From positions 386,208 through 450,207 of the forward strand of contig OZ246406.1 in the NCBI GenBank assembly GCA_965231045.1: 64,000 nt of DNA, given 5' to 3'. The notes beneath the pieces were generated by a model. The model ran no database searches. It was not told where the DNA came from and worked only from the letters and a program-made list of their open reading frames with translations. Of this stretch, positions 1 through 8,595 are shown piece after piece. Source of the DNA: an uncultured Candidatus Saccharibacteria bacterium (lineage in GTDB: Bacteria > Patescibacteriota > Saccharimonadia > Saccharimonadales > JAGQNJ01). Made by a program: the position numbers and the translations under genes. Positions within the stretch are counted from its first letter, which is position 1. Each line of letters starts with the position of its first letter.

Positions 1-1220
1 TTATTTTTATACCTGCTGGCACAGGTTTTGGCAGTCGACTCGAGATAGTAGATACGCTAGCCAGACTTGCTGCAATTGTAGGGTTGAGCCTAATATCAAT
101 AAGCATTATTCTTAGTGCGCGCTTCAAGTTGACTGATGGTTTATTCCACGGTTTAGATAAAAGTTATCGGGCACATCACATTATTGGCTGCCTGGCGTTA
201 ATAGCACTCTTACTTCATTCGGCCCTGATTACCTTAAAATATTCTCTTGTTTCATTGCCGGTTGGCTTCGACTTTCTAATAAACCTCAAAGACATCCCGC
301 TTCTATTTGGTAAAGTCGCATTGGTCACTATGATCGCCTCAATGATTGTCGCATTGTATATTTTCGTGCGTTATCAATGGTTCATATTAACTATGCGTAT
401 ATTAGGCGCTGTAGTATTTTTGGGCGGATATCATGCTCTTTTTGTAAGTGGAAGTGATCTACGAACAATTACACCGCTGTATATTTACATGTTGCTACTT
501 GGCGGAGCGGCTTCATTGATTTATATTTGGCGTTCAATATTTCACCGATCACTTCATAAGACCTATCAGTATCAAGTTGTTAGTGTTGAGCCAAGAGGCG
601 AAGTAACTGATATACATCTAAGTCCCTCGGGCGCCACACTACAACACTATGCGGGCCAGTTCGCATTTCTAAAATTTTATGACCATGTCAAAAAAGAACA
701 GCATCCTTTTACTATCAGTTCTGGATCAAGCGAACAAAACATGCGCTTTTGTATAAAAAAACTTGGTGACTTTACTCAGACGCTTCCCGAACTTAAGGCC
801 GGCGATAAAGTCAGCGTAGAAGGACCTTTTGGACAATTTAGTTTTACTAAAATGCCCTACACTAAACAAGTTTGGATTGCTGGCGGTATTGGTATTACGC
901 CTTTTTTGTCGATGGCCCATAGCCTACCAAGAAGTGGCTACAACATCGAATTATTTTGGAGCGTTACAAATAAAAACGAGGCGGTTTTTGCTGACGAACT
1001 ATATGAATTACAGGGTCAGCTACCAGGTCTTAAAGTAAATATCATAGCCACTGATTCACAAGGATATCTCACAGCTGATAAAGTCGCCCAAGTTAGTGGC
1101 ACCGGGAAAACAGATATCTTGCTTTGTGGTCCACCGCCAATGATGAAATCACTATCAGCCCAATTTAAGAAACTTGGCGTAACATCCGATCATATTCATT
1201 ACGAGGAGTTCAGTCTATGA
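1..1220 (+). CDS. NOX/ferric-reductase-family membrane flavocytochrome (5' partial, runs off window edge)
   Basis: Tracked ORF 84..1220 (TTG) stays open in frame back to nt 3, so the N-terminus is off-window. Multi-TM His-containing N-half, then FAD motif HPFTISS and NAD(P)H-type motifs GGIGITP and CGPPPM. Confidence 0.75.
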   Translation, partial: IFIPAGTGFGSRLEIVDTLARLAAIVGLSLISISIILSARFKLTDGLFHGLDKSYRAHHIIGCLALIALLLHSALITLKYSLVSLPVGFDFLINLKDIPLLFGKVALVTMIASMIVALYIFVRYQWFILTMRILGAVVFLGGYHALFVSGSDLRTITPLYIYMLLLGGAASLIYIWRSIFHRSLHKTYQYQVVSVEPRGEVTDIHLSPSGATLQHYAGQFAFLKFYDHVKKEQHPFTISSGSSEQNMRFCIKKLGDFTQTLPELKAGDKVSVEGPFGQFSFTKMPYTKQVWIAGGIGITPFLSMAHSLPRSGYNIELFWSVTNKNEAVFADELYELQGQLPGLKVNIIATDSQGYLTADKVAQVSGTGKTDILLCGPPPMMKSLSAQFKKLGVTSDHIHYEEFSL

Positions 1221-1678
1221 TGCGCCGACTAGTGGCAGTATCGCTTGTTTTGTACTTAGTATTTATGGTCTATATTTTTGTTGGCGGTCTAGTACTTAAA
1301 AGACAAAGCACAAGCCCAGCCACCAGAGTAAATAATCATCGTTCTGAAAATGAAGGCGAAAATGAATCTGAGGATGACGGAACTAAAACAACAGCCCCTA
1401 GTCAAACAACTCCACCAGCTGGAAGCAATAACAAATCCTACACTTCTAGCGAAGTCAGTTCACATAAATCCAAAAATGACTGCTGGTTAATTATTGAACG
1501 CAAGGTCTACGATGTGACCAAATTTATCCCAGATCACCCCGGAGGTGAACAGCAAATCGTACCTTATTGCGGTCAAGACGCTACAGATGCATTTGCTACT
1601 AAAGGTGGACAAGGTAGTCATTCCCAGACTGCTAACGATCTGTTAAGTCAGTACTTCATTGGTAATTTGCAAAAATAA
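1217..1678 (+). CDS. Membrane-anchored cytochrome b5-like heme-binding domain protein
   Basis: N-terminal TM helix, S/T/P/N-rich linker, C-terminal b5 signature DHPGGEQQIVPYCGQDATDAF. Start overlaps upstream stop (ATGA). Confidence 0.75.
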   Translation: MMRRLVAVSLVLYLVFMVYIFVGGLVLKRQSTSPATRVNNHRSENEGENESEDDGTKTTAPSQTTPPAGSNNKSYTSSEVSSHKSKNDCWLIIERKVYDVTKFIPDHPGGEQQIVPYCGQDATDAFATKGGQGSHSQTANDLLSQYFIGNLQK

Positions 1679-1697
1679 AACCGCTCGATAAGCGGTT
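1679..1697. terminator. Hairpin AACCGCT-cgata-AGCGGTT directly after the b5 stop codon
   Basis: 7-bp perfect stem beginning 1 nt after TAA. The flanking A-run on + gives a U-tract in the minus direction; the + side T-tract is weak. Confidence 0.4.
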
Positions 1698-1802
1698 ACT
1701 TTGGGAGACCATGCGCGCCCACCCGGCGGCGAGTGTATTTTTTGTTTTGTAGTTTTTGTTTCACGTGGCCGCCATGCGCACGGAATCTACTATAAGCATA
1801 AC

Positions 1803-3830
1803 CTAATTACCGATTATGTCAATGAAGGCATTCTCGTCAATCACCTTCGTTCCCAGCTTCTGGGCTTTAGCAACTTTACTGTTGCCAGGGTTTTCACCAA
1901 CCACCACATAAGTAGTGTCCTTACCTACACTTGATTGAAAAGTGCCACCAAGCGAGCGAATTTTTTCGGCAGCTTCTTCTCTCCCAAAGTTATCGAGCGT
2001 ACCTGTGATTACAAAACTGACTCCTGATAACTTCCCTCCAGTATGCGTTACTGATTTTGGTTTCACCCCATAATCTTCAAACTTTCCGAGAAGTTTTTGG
2101 TTTGAAGGCTCTGAAAACCATTCCACAATTGACTCAGCCACAACTTCACCTATACCTTCAACAGCACTTAATTCATCAATAGTTGCTTCTTGCAGTTTAT
2201 CCATAGACTTAAAGTTATTCGCCAGATCAATAGCTGTTTGTGAGCCAACATGACGAATTCCAAGCCCATAAATAAACCTAGCGAGTGGTGGGTTCTTTTT
2301 ATCGGCTATAGCATCGACAAGTTTTTGAGCTGAAACTTCAGCAAAGCGATCTAATCTCTCAACTTGTTCTTTTTTGAGTTTATAAATATCGGCTGTGTCT
2401 TTTATAAGTTCAGCTTGCTGTAAGGCAATCACATTTTTTTCGCCTAGACCTTCTATATCTAAGGCACCTTTACTGGCATAGTGCTCAATGCGCTTCCAAG
2501 ATCTTGATGGACAATGCTCATTAGGGCAACGCCAAACGGCTTCATCAGCTTTGTTTTTAACTAGCTTCGTATTACATTCTGGGCAATGCGAGGGCATTAC
2601 AAAAACTTTTTCCTTGCCAGTTCTAAGTTTTACTAGCGGCTCAACTATTTCAGGTATGATATCGCCGGCTTTATGAATAATTACGGTATCGCCAATCCGG
2701 ATGTCTTTGCGCTTAATTTCGCCCTCATTATGCAGGGTGGCCATTTGAACAGTACTGCCAGCCACAACTACAGGCTCTAGCATTGCGACAGGCGTAGCCG
2801 CACCTGTACGACCAATTGATACAAAAATGTCTTTGACCTTTGTGGTTGATTGCTCTGCAGGGTACTTATACGCTACAGCCGCCCTTGGTGCTTTGCCGAC
2901 AACTCCAAGCTCACGATAAACCTCTCGGTTATTTACTTTTACTACCAAGCCATCGGTATTAAAAGCCAGTTTATGGCGTTTCTCTTCCCATTCCTTAGCA
3001 AAATCTAACACATCCTTAGTTGAATGAAGTACGACCGCATCGTTATTTCTCAAAAAGCCAAGATCACTTATAACATCATAGGCAAATTTATGTGTTGGCA
3101 GCTCAGTTGGGTCGTTTCTGAGTAAATCGTAAGCTCTAAAGTGCAGTGGCCGTTCGGCGACTAGCTTTGGGTCAAGCTGACGAATTGTCCCGGCAGCCGT
3201 ATTACGAGGATTAGCAAATAATGCCTTGCCTTCAGCCTCGCGTCGTTTATTTAGCTTCTCAAAGTCTTTTTTGTACATTACAATTTCGCCACGAATTTCG
3301 GTGCGGCCCTCTAAAAACTTTACATGCTTGGCATTCTTGTTAAGCCTAAGAGGTACCGACTGAAGAGTTCGCACATTAAGTGTGACGTCTTCACCAACAA
3401 AACCATCACCACGAGTTACAGCGCGTTGCAGTAGTCCATTTTCATACACCAAAGCACAGGCAAAACCATCCATCTTTAGATCTACAAAATATTCTATCTT
3501 GGCCTTTGGAACCAACTTCTTTATTCGCACATCCCAAGCCTCGAGTTCGACCGCATCAAATACATCATTAAGACTAAGCATTCTCTCGGTGTGTTCAACT
3601 GATTTAAACTTAGCTGCGGGCGCACCTGCAACCCGCTGAGTTGGTGAGTCGGGTGTAATAAGCTCCGGGAATTGTTCTTCTAGTTGGGAAAGTTCATGCT
3701 TCAAACTATCAGCCGCGGCTTCGTCCATAATTGAACGGTCATTTACATGATATTCATAGCGATATTCGTTAATAAGCTCTCGAAGCTTTTCAATTCTTTT
3801 TTGGGCCTCGGATTTCGTTAAGGGCTTCAT
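1803..3830 (-). CDS. ligA: NAD-dependent DNA ligase
   Basis: 675 aa. Adenylation motif VDLKMDGFA, Zn-finger CPECNTKLV..CPNEHCP, HhH region and C-terminal BRCT-like tail. Confidence 0.95.
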   Translation of the reverse strand: MKPLTKSEAQKRIEKLRELINEYRYEYHVNDRSIMDEAAADSLKHELSQLEEQFPELITPDSPTQRVAGAPAAKFKSVEHTERMLSLNDVFDAVELEAWDVRIKKLVPKAKIEYFVDLKMDGFACALVYENGLLQRAVTRGDGFVGEDVTLNVRTLQSVPLRLNKNAKHVKFLEGRTEIRGEIVMYKKDFEKLNKRREAEGKALFANPRNTAAGTIRQLDPKLVAERPLHFRAYDLLRNDPTELPTHKFAYDVISDLGFLRNNDAVVLHSTKDVLDFAKEWEEKRHKLAFNTDGLVVKVNNREVYRELGVVGKAPRAAVAYKYPAEQSTTKVKDIFVSIGRTGAATPVAMLEPVVVAGSTVQMATLHNEGEIKRKDIRIGDTVIIHKAGDIIPEIVEPLVKLRTGKEKVFVMPSHCPECNTKLVKNKADEAVWRCPNEHCPSRSWKRIEHYASKGALDIEGLGEKNVIALQQAELIKDTADIYKLKKEQVERLDRFAEVSAQKLVDAIADKKNPPLARFIYGLGIRHVGSQTAIDLANNFKSMDKLQEATIDELSAVEGIGEVVAESIVEWFSEPSNQKLLGKFEDYGVKPKSVTHTGGKLSGVSFVITGTLDNFGREEAAEKIRSLGGTFQSSVGKDTTYVVVGENPGNSKVAKAQKLGTKVIDENAFIDIIGN

Positions 3831-4834
3831 AGCAACGACCTATAAAGTGCGTACATATAGCTGATGAGTAGCGGGACAAGGACCAAACTCATTATGAAAA
3901 ATACCCATTGTGCAATTACCGGGACTAACAGGATCGCCGGCAATGTAATAATTGCCAATAATAGAATTAGTGATATTGGCAATACTACTACTTTCCGCAT
4001 AACTGCCCAGCGCCGGAATCGTACAAGTTCACGGGCAGCCCTTAGAGCCTGCATTGGCCTTGTATCGGGCAGTGTCACGATAAACAATGCAAATATTGAT
4101 GATGAAACCATATATAACGACAGTAGGAGTAAAAGCCCGATAAACATGTACCACAGAACTTGCTCAGGAACGGTTGCAGCATACCCGCCTACAATCACAA
4201 AACTATAGAAAAAGTTGGCAAATACAATTGGTATAAGCTGCAAACTAATAATAAAAAGTACAATCAAAAAAGGTACAATCGGCGCCGCCCCCTTATAAAA
4301 TGAATCTTTAACAGTAGCTGTCTGTTTTGAGTTTGACTGAGTTTCCCGTAGCGCCCATATATAAGCCAGACTCACCAAAAGCAAGATGATTGTTTGGTAC
4401 ATACTGGCTGTCTCACCTTTTGTAGCACTCGCCGAACCAAGCAACAGACTAAAGATTGTCAGGCTGCTTCCCCATGTTTTAACACTCCCTGTAAAAAGTC
4501 CGTCTAAACTGTGTTTGAGTTGCACGACATTTAGGCCACCACTAAAACTCTTAACAAAAACAAAGACCAACAAGGCATATATGAGAGTAATGCCAATAAA
4601 TACCCGTTTGCGACGCAATAATTGGCTAAAGCCTTGCTTTGATAATTTCCAAACTGAGGGAATCTTTCCAAGCGGTGACTTAATGCGCTTATGCATTCGA
4701 AAGCTTTTATACTTTGGAGGCTTAAAAGTCCGAGCCGTATTGCGCTCAGCCTTGGTTTTGGTTGAAGTTTTAGTAACCGGAGATTTTTTAGGCATGGCTT
4801 CCCATTTCGTGAAGTTTTTTAATTCTATCGTCAA
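3827..4834 (-). CDS. Polytopic membrane protein, unknown function
   Basis: Basic N-terminus followed by several TM helices; no family recognised. Stop overlaps ligA start by 4 nt. Alternative start ATG at 4795 overlaps the htpX stop (ATGCCTAA). Confidence 0.6.
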   Translation of the reverse strand: MTIELKNFTKWEAMPKKSPVTKTSTKTKAERNTARTFKPPKYKSFRMHKRIKSPLGKIPSVWKLSKQGFSQLLRRKRVFIGITLIYALLVFVFVKSFSGGLNVVQLKHSLDGLFTGSVKTWGSSLTIFSLLLGSASATKGETASMYQTIILLLVSLAYIWALRETQSNSKQTATVKDSFYKGAAPIVPFLIVLFIISLQLIPIVFANFFYSFVIVGGYAATVPEQVLWYMFIGLLLLLSLYMVSSSIFALFIVTLPDTRPMQALRAARELVRFRRWAVMRKVVVLPISLILLLAIITLPAILLVPVIAQWVFFIMSLVLVPLLISYMYALYRSLL

Positions 4835-5657
4835 TTGGTGGATGTGTACTAAATAAATTGCTCATACTTTTGCCCTTCATAGGATTTGCAAAGTATAGGT
4901 GAGCAGTTGATGAGTTTTGTCGTTTGACACCACTCCCTGACTTTTTAATTTTCTCGAGTGCACTGGCTAGGGCATCGGGGTACCGTGTGGTAAGTGCTCC
5001 GGTTGCATCAGCCAAATATTCCCGTTTTCGTGAAATTGAAAGCTGGATCAACATAGCAATTACTGGTGCTAGAATTGCTGCAATAATACCAACAATAAAA
5101 AACACCTGGTTGTTATTATCGTCATCTCCAAACCAGGCCACACGAATCATTATATCGGCTAGAAGCGATACAACCGCGACAAGCGCGAAGGCTGCCATTG
5201 AAACCCGAATGTCATAATTTTTCACATGACCTAACTCGTGAGCCATTACTCCCTCAAGTTCCGTATCATTCATCATATCCAGCAACCCCGAAGTTGCACA
5301 TACTGCAGCACTCTGAGGATTTCTGCCCGTTGCAAATGCATTTGGTGCTGGATCATCGATAATACAAATTTTAGGCGTTGGCAGACCATCGGTTATGGCT
5401 AGATTCTCGACTATTCGATATAGCCGGGGATTATCGCGTTTTTGAATTTCATGGGCTCCATTTAGAGCCAATGCCATTCTTGAAGAACTATAGTAACTAA
5501 TCAGTGCATAGGTTAATGCGCCAGCTAGCACATATGGTGTTATTCGGACGTCGCCCATAAACTGGCTGAAGATCCATCCTAGAGCACTGACAAATACGAC
5601 AAAAATAATCATCATCAGTATAGTCTTGCGCTTGTTAGCTGCAATCTGGCTATACAC
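4788..5657 (-). CDS. htpX: Zinc metalloprotease HtpX (M48)
   Basis: HELGHVKNYD zinc motif, N-terminal and central TM helices, 289 aa. Confidence 0.9.
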   Translation of the reverse strand: MYSQIAANKRKTILMMIIFVVFVSALGWIFSQFMGDVRITPYVLAGALTYALISYYSSSRMALALNGAHEIQKRDNPRLYRIVENLAITDGLPTPKICIIDDPAPNAFATGRNPQSAAVCATSGLLDMMNDTELEGVMAHELGHVKNYDIRVSMAAFALVAVVSLLADIMIRVAWFGDDDNNNQVFFIVGIIAAILAPVIAMLIQLSISRKREYLADATGALTTRYPDALASALEKIKKSGSGVKRQNSSTAHLYFANPMKGKSMSNLFSTHPPIDDRIKKLHEMGSHA

Positions 5658-5679
5658 TCTCAGTTACCTCACTTGGATT

Positions 5680-6270
5680 TTATGACTTTTGTTCTTTGTC
5701 TTCGTCGTCAAAGTTAACGTCGGTTGGCTTTTCAATTGTTGTGCGCTCGTTTTCAGCAACATCAAAGAACTCACGTTCTTTAAAGCCAAGCATGCCAGCA
5801 AAGATGTTGGTTGGGAAAACTTTAATCTTAGTGTTTAGATCACGAACGGATCCGTTATAGAAACGTCGGCTTGCTTGAATTTTATCTTCAGTATCTACTA
5901 ATTCAGCCTGTAGATCTTGAAAGTTTTGGTTAGCTTTAAGATCTGGGTAAGCCTCAGCTACGGCAAACAGGCTCTTAAGAGCAGCCTGGAATTGGTTTTC
6001 TGCCTTGGCTGTTTCAGCTGGGCCTTTGTCCGTTGCGCTAACTACAGAAGCTCGGGCTTCGGTAACATTTTCAAAAACTGTCTTTTCGTGCTTGGCGTAA
6101 CCTTTTACAGTGTTGACCAAATTTGGGATCAAATCAGCACGTCGCTTGAGCTGGACGGTTATATCACTCCACGCTTCATCAACACGTACTTTTGCCTTAA
6201 CTAATCCATTATAAATTAATGCTACTGCCAGAAGTAATACGACTAAAACAGCAAGGATCACAAACATCAT
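5680..6270 (-). CDS. lemA: LemA family protein
   Basis: N-terminal TM plus the typical LemA N-terminus NGLVKAKVRVDEAWSDITVQLKRRADLIPNLV. Adjacent to the M48 protease, as is common. Confidence 0.9.
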   Translation of the reverse strand: MMFVILAVLVVLLLAVALIYNGLVKAKVRVDEAWSDITVQLKRRADLIPNLVNTVKGYAKHEKTVFENVTEARASVVSATDKGPAETAKAENQFQAALKSLFAVAEAYPDLKANQNFQDLQAELVDTEDKIQASRRFYNGSVRDLNTKIKVFPTNIFAGMLGFKEREFFDVAENERTTIEKPTDVNFDDEDKEQKS

Positions 6271-6325
6271 TCTAAATCTCCCTTATTTACCCTTATATTA
6301 TAGCACCTAATATCAACAAAAGTGC

Positions 6326-7405
6326 TTACAATTTATCTTTATTGAATGGGCTTTTCTTAGCCTCATTTTCGGCCAGAATATTTATGCTGACCGCGAGATC
6401 GGCTAGCTTATCTTTGCGCTTTAATTCCCCACCATCTACAGGAGCAATTGATCCACCTTTATTTATGCTGTCAATTACATACTTCAGTTGGTCTATTCGG
6501 TTGTTGGTCATGATTACTCTTGCAGTGAATAATATATCCAGTATCAAGTTGATGATTATGGCACCTATTATTATTGTTAATGTCACGCGCCGAGTGACCC
6601 GATTCAGGGTTTTATCATCCTTGGTAACAGAAGCAATAAAAAGTGATCCTTGTTTGTAAGCTCTGGTAACTTTATCGCCAGTTTCCGGATCTTTAGCGTT
6701 ATATATAGCACTCGGGACATTTGAGCTAACAAATACCTTGTTTTCGGCAACATCAGACTTTTTAGACCGCGTATCAAGCAACAAGCTACCTTGCTTATCA
6801 AGGAGTACAGTATATGAACCATCTCCCTGAACACTCTTATAAAAATCTTTCAAATCGTCGAAATTCACCAAGCCAATAACCACCCCCCAAACCTTACCAT
6901 TTACTTCAAGTGGGGATGCTACTGCAATTGTATTACGATCTGTTACTGGCGAAACTAATACCGGTGAGATAACAGTATCTTTTGATTCGATTGCTTGTTT
7001 AAAAAAAGCATTTGACGACAGCTGGTTGCCCATAGTTCGACTTGTGCCTTCGTTTTCTACGATTAATTTTCCGTCAGCACCATAGACGCCTATACGCTCA
7101 ACTGTATTTAGCTGATTTTTTATCCCATCCAGAATCCCAGTCGATTGAGCTAATCGTGGTGGGCTTTTATCTGTAGATAACTTAGCCAGATCGGAATTTT
7201 TGCTCAGCGCACTGATATTTTCTTGCACCAATTGAACGTACCCGTCAGCGGTAGCAGTAGCATAGGCTGTGGTTTCAACAAGATTATTTTTAGATTCTTG
7301 GCTAGAGACCGAGGTAATTTGGTGAATAATGATATAAGCCGCAACGATCGCTATCGCTACTAGAATAACTATACCTCTTCGCCAGTCTGTTTTTCGTATA
7401 TCCAT
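6326..7405 (-). CDS. Cache-like extracellular sensor domain protein with HAMP-like tail and no output domain
   Basis: TM1 (IVILVAIAIVAAYIII), about 250-aa extracytoplasmic domain, TM2, then about 65 cytoplasmic residues ending in a HAMP-like helix (KLADLAVSINILAENEA). Domain call by eye only. Confidence 0.5.
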   Translation of the reverse strand: MDIRKTDWRRGIVILVAIAIVAAYIIIHQITSVSSQESKNNLVETTAYATATADGYVQLVQENISALSKNSDLAKLSTDKSPPRLAQSTGILDGIKNQLNTVERIGVYGADGKLIVENEGTSRTMGNQLSSNAFFKQAIESKDTVISPVLVSPVTDRNTIAVASPLEVNGKVWGVVIGLVNFDDLKDFYKSVQGDGSYTVLLDKQGSLLLDTRSKKSDVAENKVFVSSNVPSAIYNAKDPETGDKVTRAYKQGSLFIASVTKDDKTLNRVTRRVTLTIIIGAIIINLILDILFTARVIMTNNRIDQLKYVIDSINKGGSIAPVDGGELKRKDKLADLAVSINILAENEAKKSPFNKDKL

Positions 7406-7467
7406 ACTTATTGCTTATGCTTAATAATAAGAATATAGCTGTACGCATAAATAAGCAATAAATTTCT

Positions 7468-7555
7468 TGGTGGGTAGGGAGGGACTCGAACCCTCAAGCC
7501 TTATTCAGGCAACGGATTTTAAGTCCGTCGCGTATACCAGTTCCGCCACCTACCC
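7468..7555 (-). tRNA. tRNA-Leu(TAA), CCA encoded
   Basis: Acceptor GGGTAGG/CCTACCC, anticodon arm ACGGA-CTTAAAA-TCCGT, long variable arm, T arm GAGGG-TTCGAGT-CCCTC. Confidence 0.9.
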
Positions 7556-7592
7556 TAATTCGGTTTGGAACGTTCTGATTATACCCCAGTAA

Positions 7593-7982
7593 CTATAAAA
7601 GTTTAAGAAGTTGTTTTGGAGTTTTTACAACTTTATCAATCAAACTATCACGGCAAGGATCCCCAGTAACTGGTGATAAGGCAAAAATTGGCTTGCCGAG
7701 TGCGGAAGCATAAGCCATCTCTAGCGTTACACTAACCCCAACATAATCATCTTTATTATAAACGTAGCAAACTTCACTTTTTCTAATCCAATCAAAGTGC
7801 TCTAGGGTTAAGCCCTTGAAAACTTTGCTGGTTATGTAGGGCGAACCAAGATCGGCGGTTTCCGGCAATGGCTCTTTGAAGCTCGGTTCAAAAACTAATA
7901 CGCCAGCTTTACTTAGCTCCTTACAGAAGGCATCGATTTGCTTGGCATATTTTTTTGAACCACACACAACTACCGATTTCAT
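7593..7982 (-). CDS. Nucleoside 2-deoxyribosyltransferase-like (Rossmann-like) small protein
   Basis: Likely start MKSVVVCGSKKY at 7982; the tracked extension to 8063 runs through a hairpin repeat. C-terminal EMAYASALGKPIFAL resembles NDT/YtoQ-type proteins. Weak call. Confidence 0.45.
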   Translation of the reverse strand: MKSVVVCGSKKYAKQIDAFCKELSKAGVLVFEPSFKEPLPETADLGSPYITSKVFKGLTLEHFDWIRKSEVCYVYNKDDYVGVSVTLEMAYASALGKPIFALSPVTGDPCRDSLIDKVVKTPKQLLKLL

Positions 7983-8007
7983 ATTAGAAGTGTACCAAAT
8001 GACTTCC

Positions 8008-8035
8008 CCGTTTTGCGAGAGGATTCGCAAAACGG
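8008..8035. repeat. 28-nt perfect hairpin CCGTTTTGCGA-GAGGAT-TCGCAAAACGG (copy 1)
   Basis: 11-bp stem and 6-nt loop; identical to 13484..13511. Confidence 0.9.
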
Positions 8036-8050
8036 AACTGAGCAAAGCCG

Positions 8051-8102
8051 GCAAAAAAGACAAGAACTCAAATCAAAACATGGTTACGATTTGAGTTCTG
8101 TC
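8051..8102 (-). terminator. Intrinsic terminator downstream of tRNA-Cys
   Basis: About 15-bp stem (GACAGAACTCAAATC / GATTTGAGTTCTTGTC, one bulge) followed on the minus strand by TTTTTT. Confidence 0.7.
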
Positions 8103-8122
8103 CACAAAGCCGAGCTTTGCGA

Positions 8123-8196
8123 TGGAGGCGCGGACGAGATTCGCACTCGTGTACAAGGTTTTGCAGACCTTTGCCTAACTCCTCGGCCACCGCGCC
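8123..8196 (-). tRNA. tRNA-Cys(GCA), CCA encoded
   Basis: Acceptor GGCGCGG/CCGCGCC, anticodon arm AAGGT-CTGCAAA-ACCTT, short D arm typical of Cys. Confidence 0.9.
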
Positions 8197-8219
8197 ATAC
8201 CACAGTTATTATACAGAAG

Positions 8220-8591
8220 TTACTTCTTTTTTTGACGATAAAAATAAGTTGCCGCTATTGCACTCACCCCAGTAAGTGTTGCCCCGCCAATGATTGCCGC
8301 TAGTTTGGGCGATACCAATCGATGACGATTTTCTTCATCATTTTCTTCCGCAATAACTATTTCCTCACCCTCAGTTACCTCAAGCACGCTTGGACCAACT
8401 ATTGTGTCTTCTTCATAAACCATGGCGTATTTATCAACAACCGATACCCTCAGCTGAGGATCACCGTCTGTTTCGGTTATTGATTCTATTGATAACTCGA
8501 ATTCTTCACCGTCAGAATGACGATGCAGTGAAAACCTGGCTGTCATGCCCTCAATAAGCCGTTGTCTATAAGTTAATTGTTCTTCTGACAT
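8220..8591 (-). CDS. Acidic hypothetical protein with C-terminal TM anchor and KKK tail
   Basis: 123 aa, no family recognised. Located 4 nt downstream of the NHL surface protein gene. Confidence 0.55.
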   Translation of the reverse strand: MSEEQLTYRQRLIEGMTARFSLHRHSDGEEFELSIESITETDGDPQLRVSVVDKYAMVYEEDTIVGPSVLEVTEGEEIVIAEENDEENRHRLVSPKLAAIIGGATLTGVSAIAATYFYRQKKK

Positions 8592-8595
8592 TTAA

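Noticed and set aside
1700-1800. GC-rich island with repeated CCATGCGC between the b5 gene and ligA, as a possible small RNA
   Set aside because: Only short 4-bp stems can be drawn and there is no promoter or terminator context. The evidence is too weak to call.
8013-8303. 96-aa plus-strand ORF
   Set aside because: It runs through the hairpin repeat, a terminator and tRNA-Cys on the opposite strand, so it is spurious. The same reasoning applies to the tracked ORFs 1701..1934, 13427..13753, 15069..15377 and 19005..19283.
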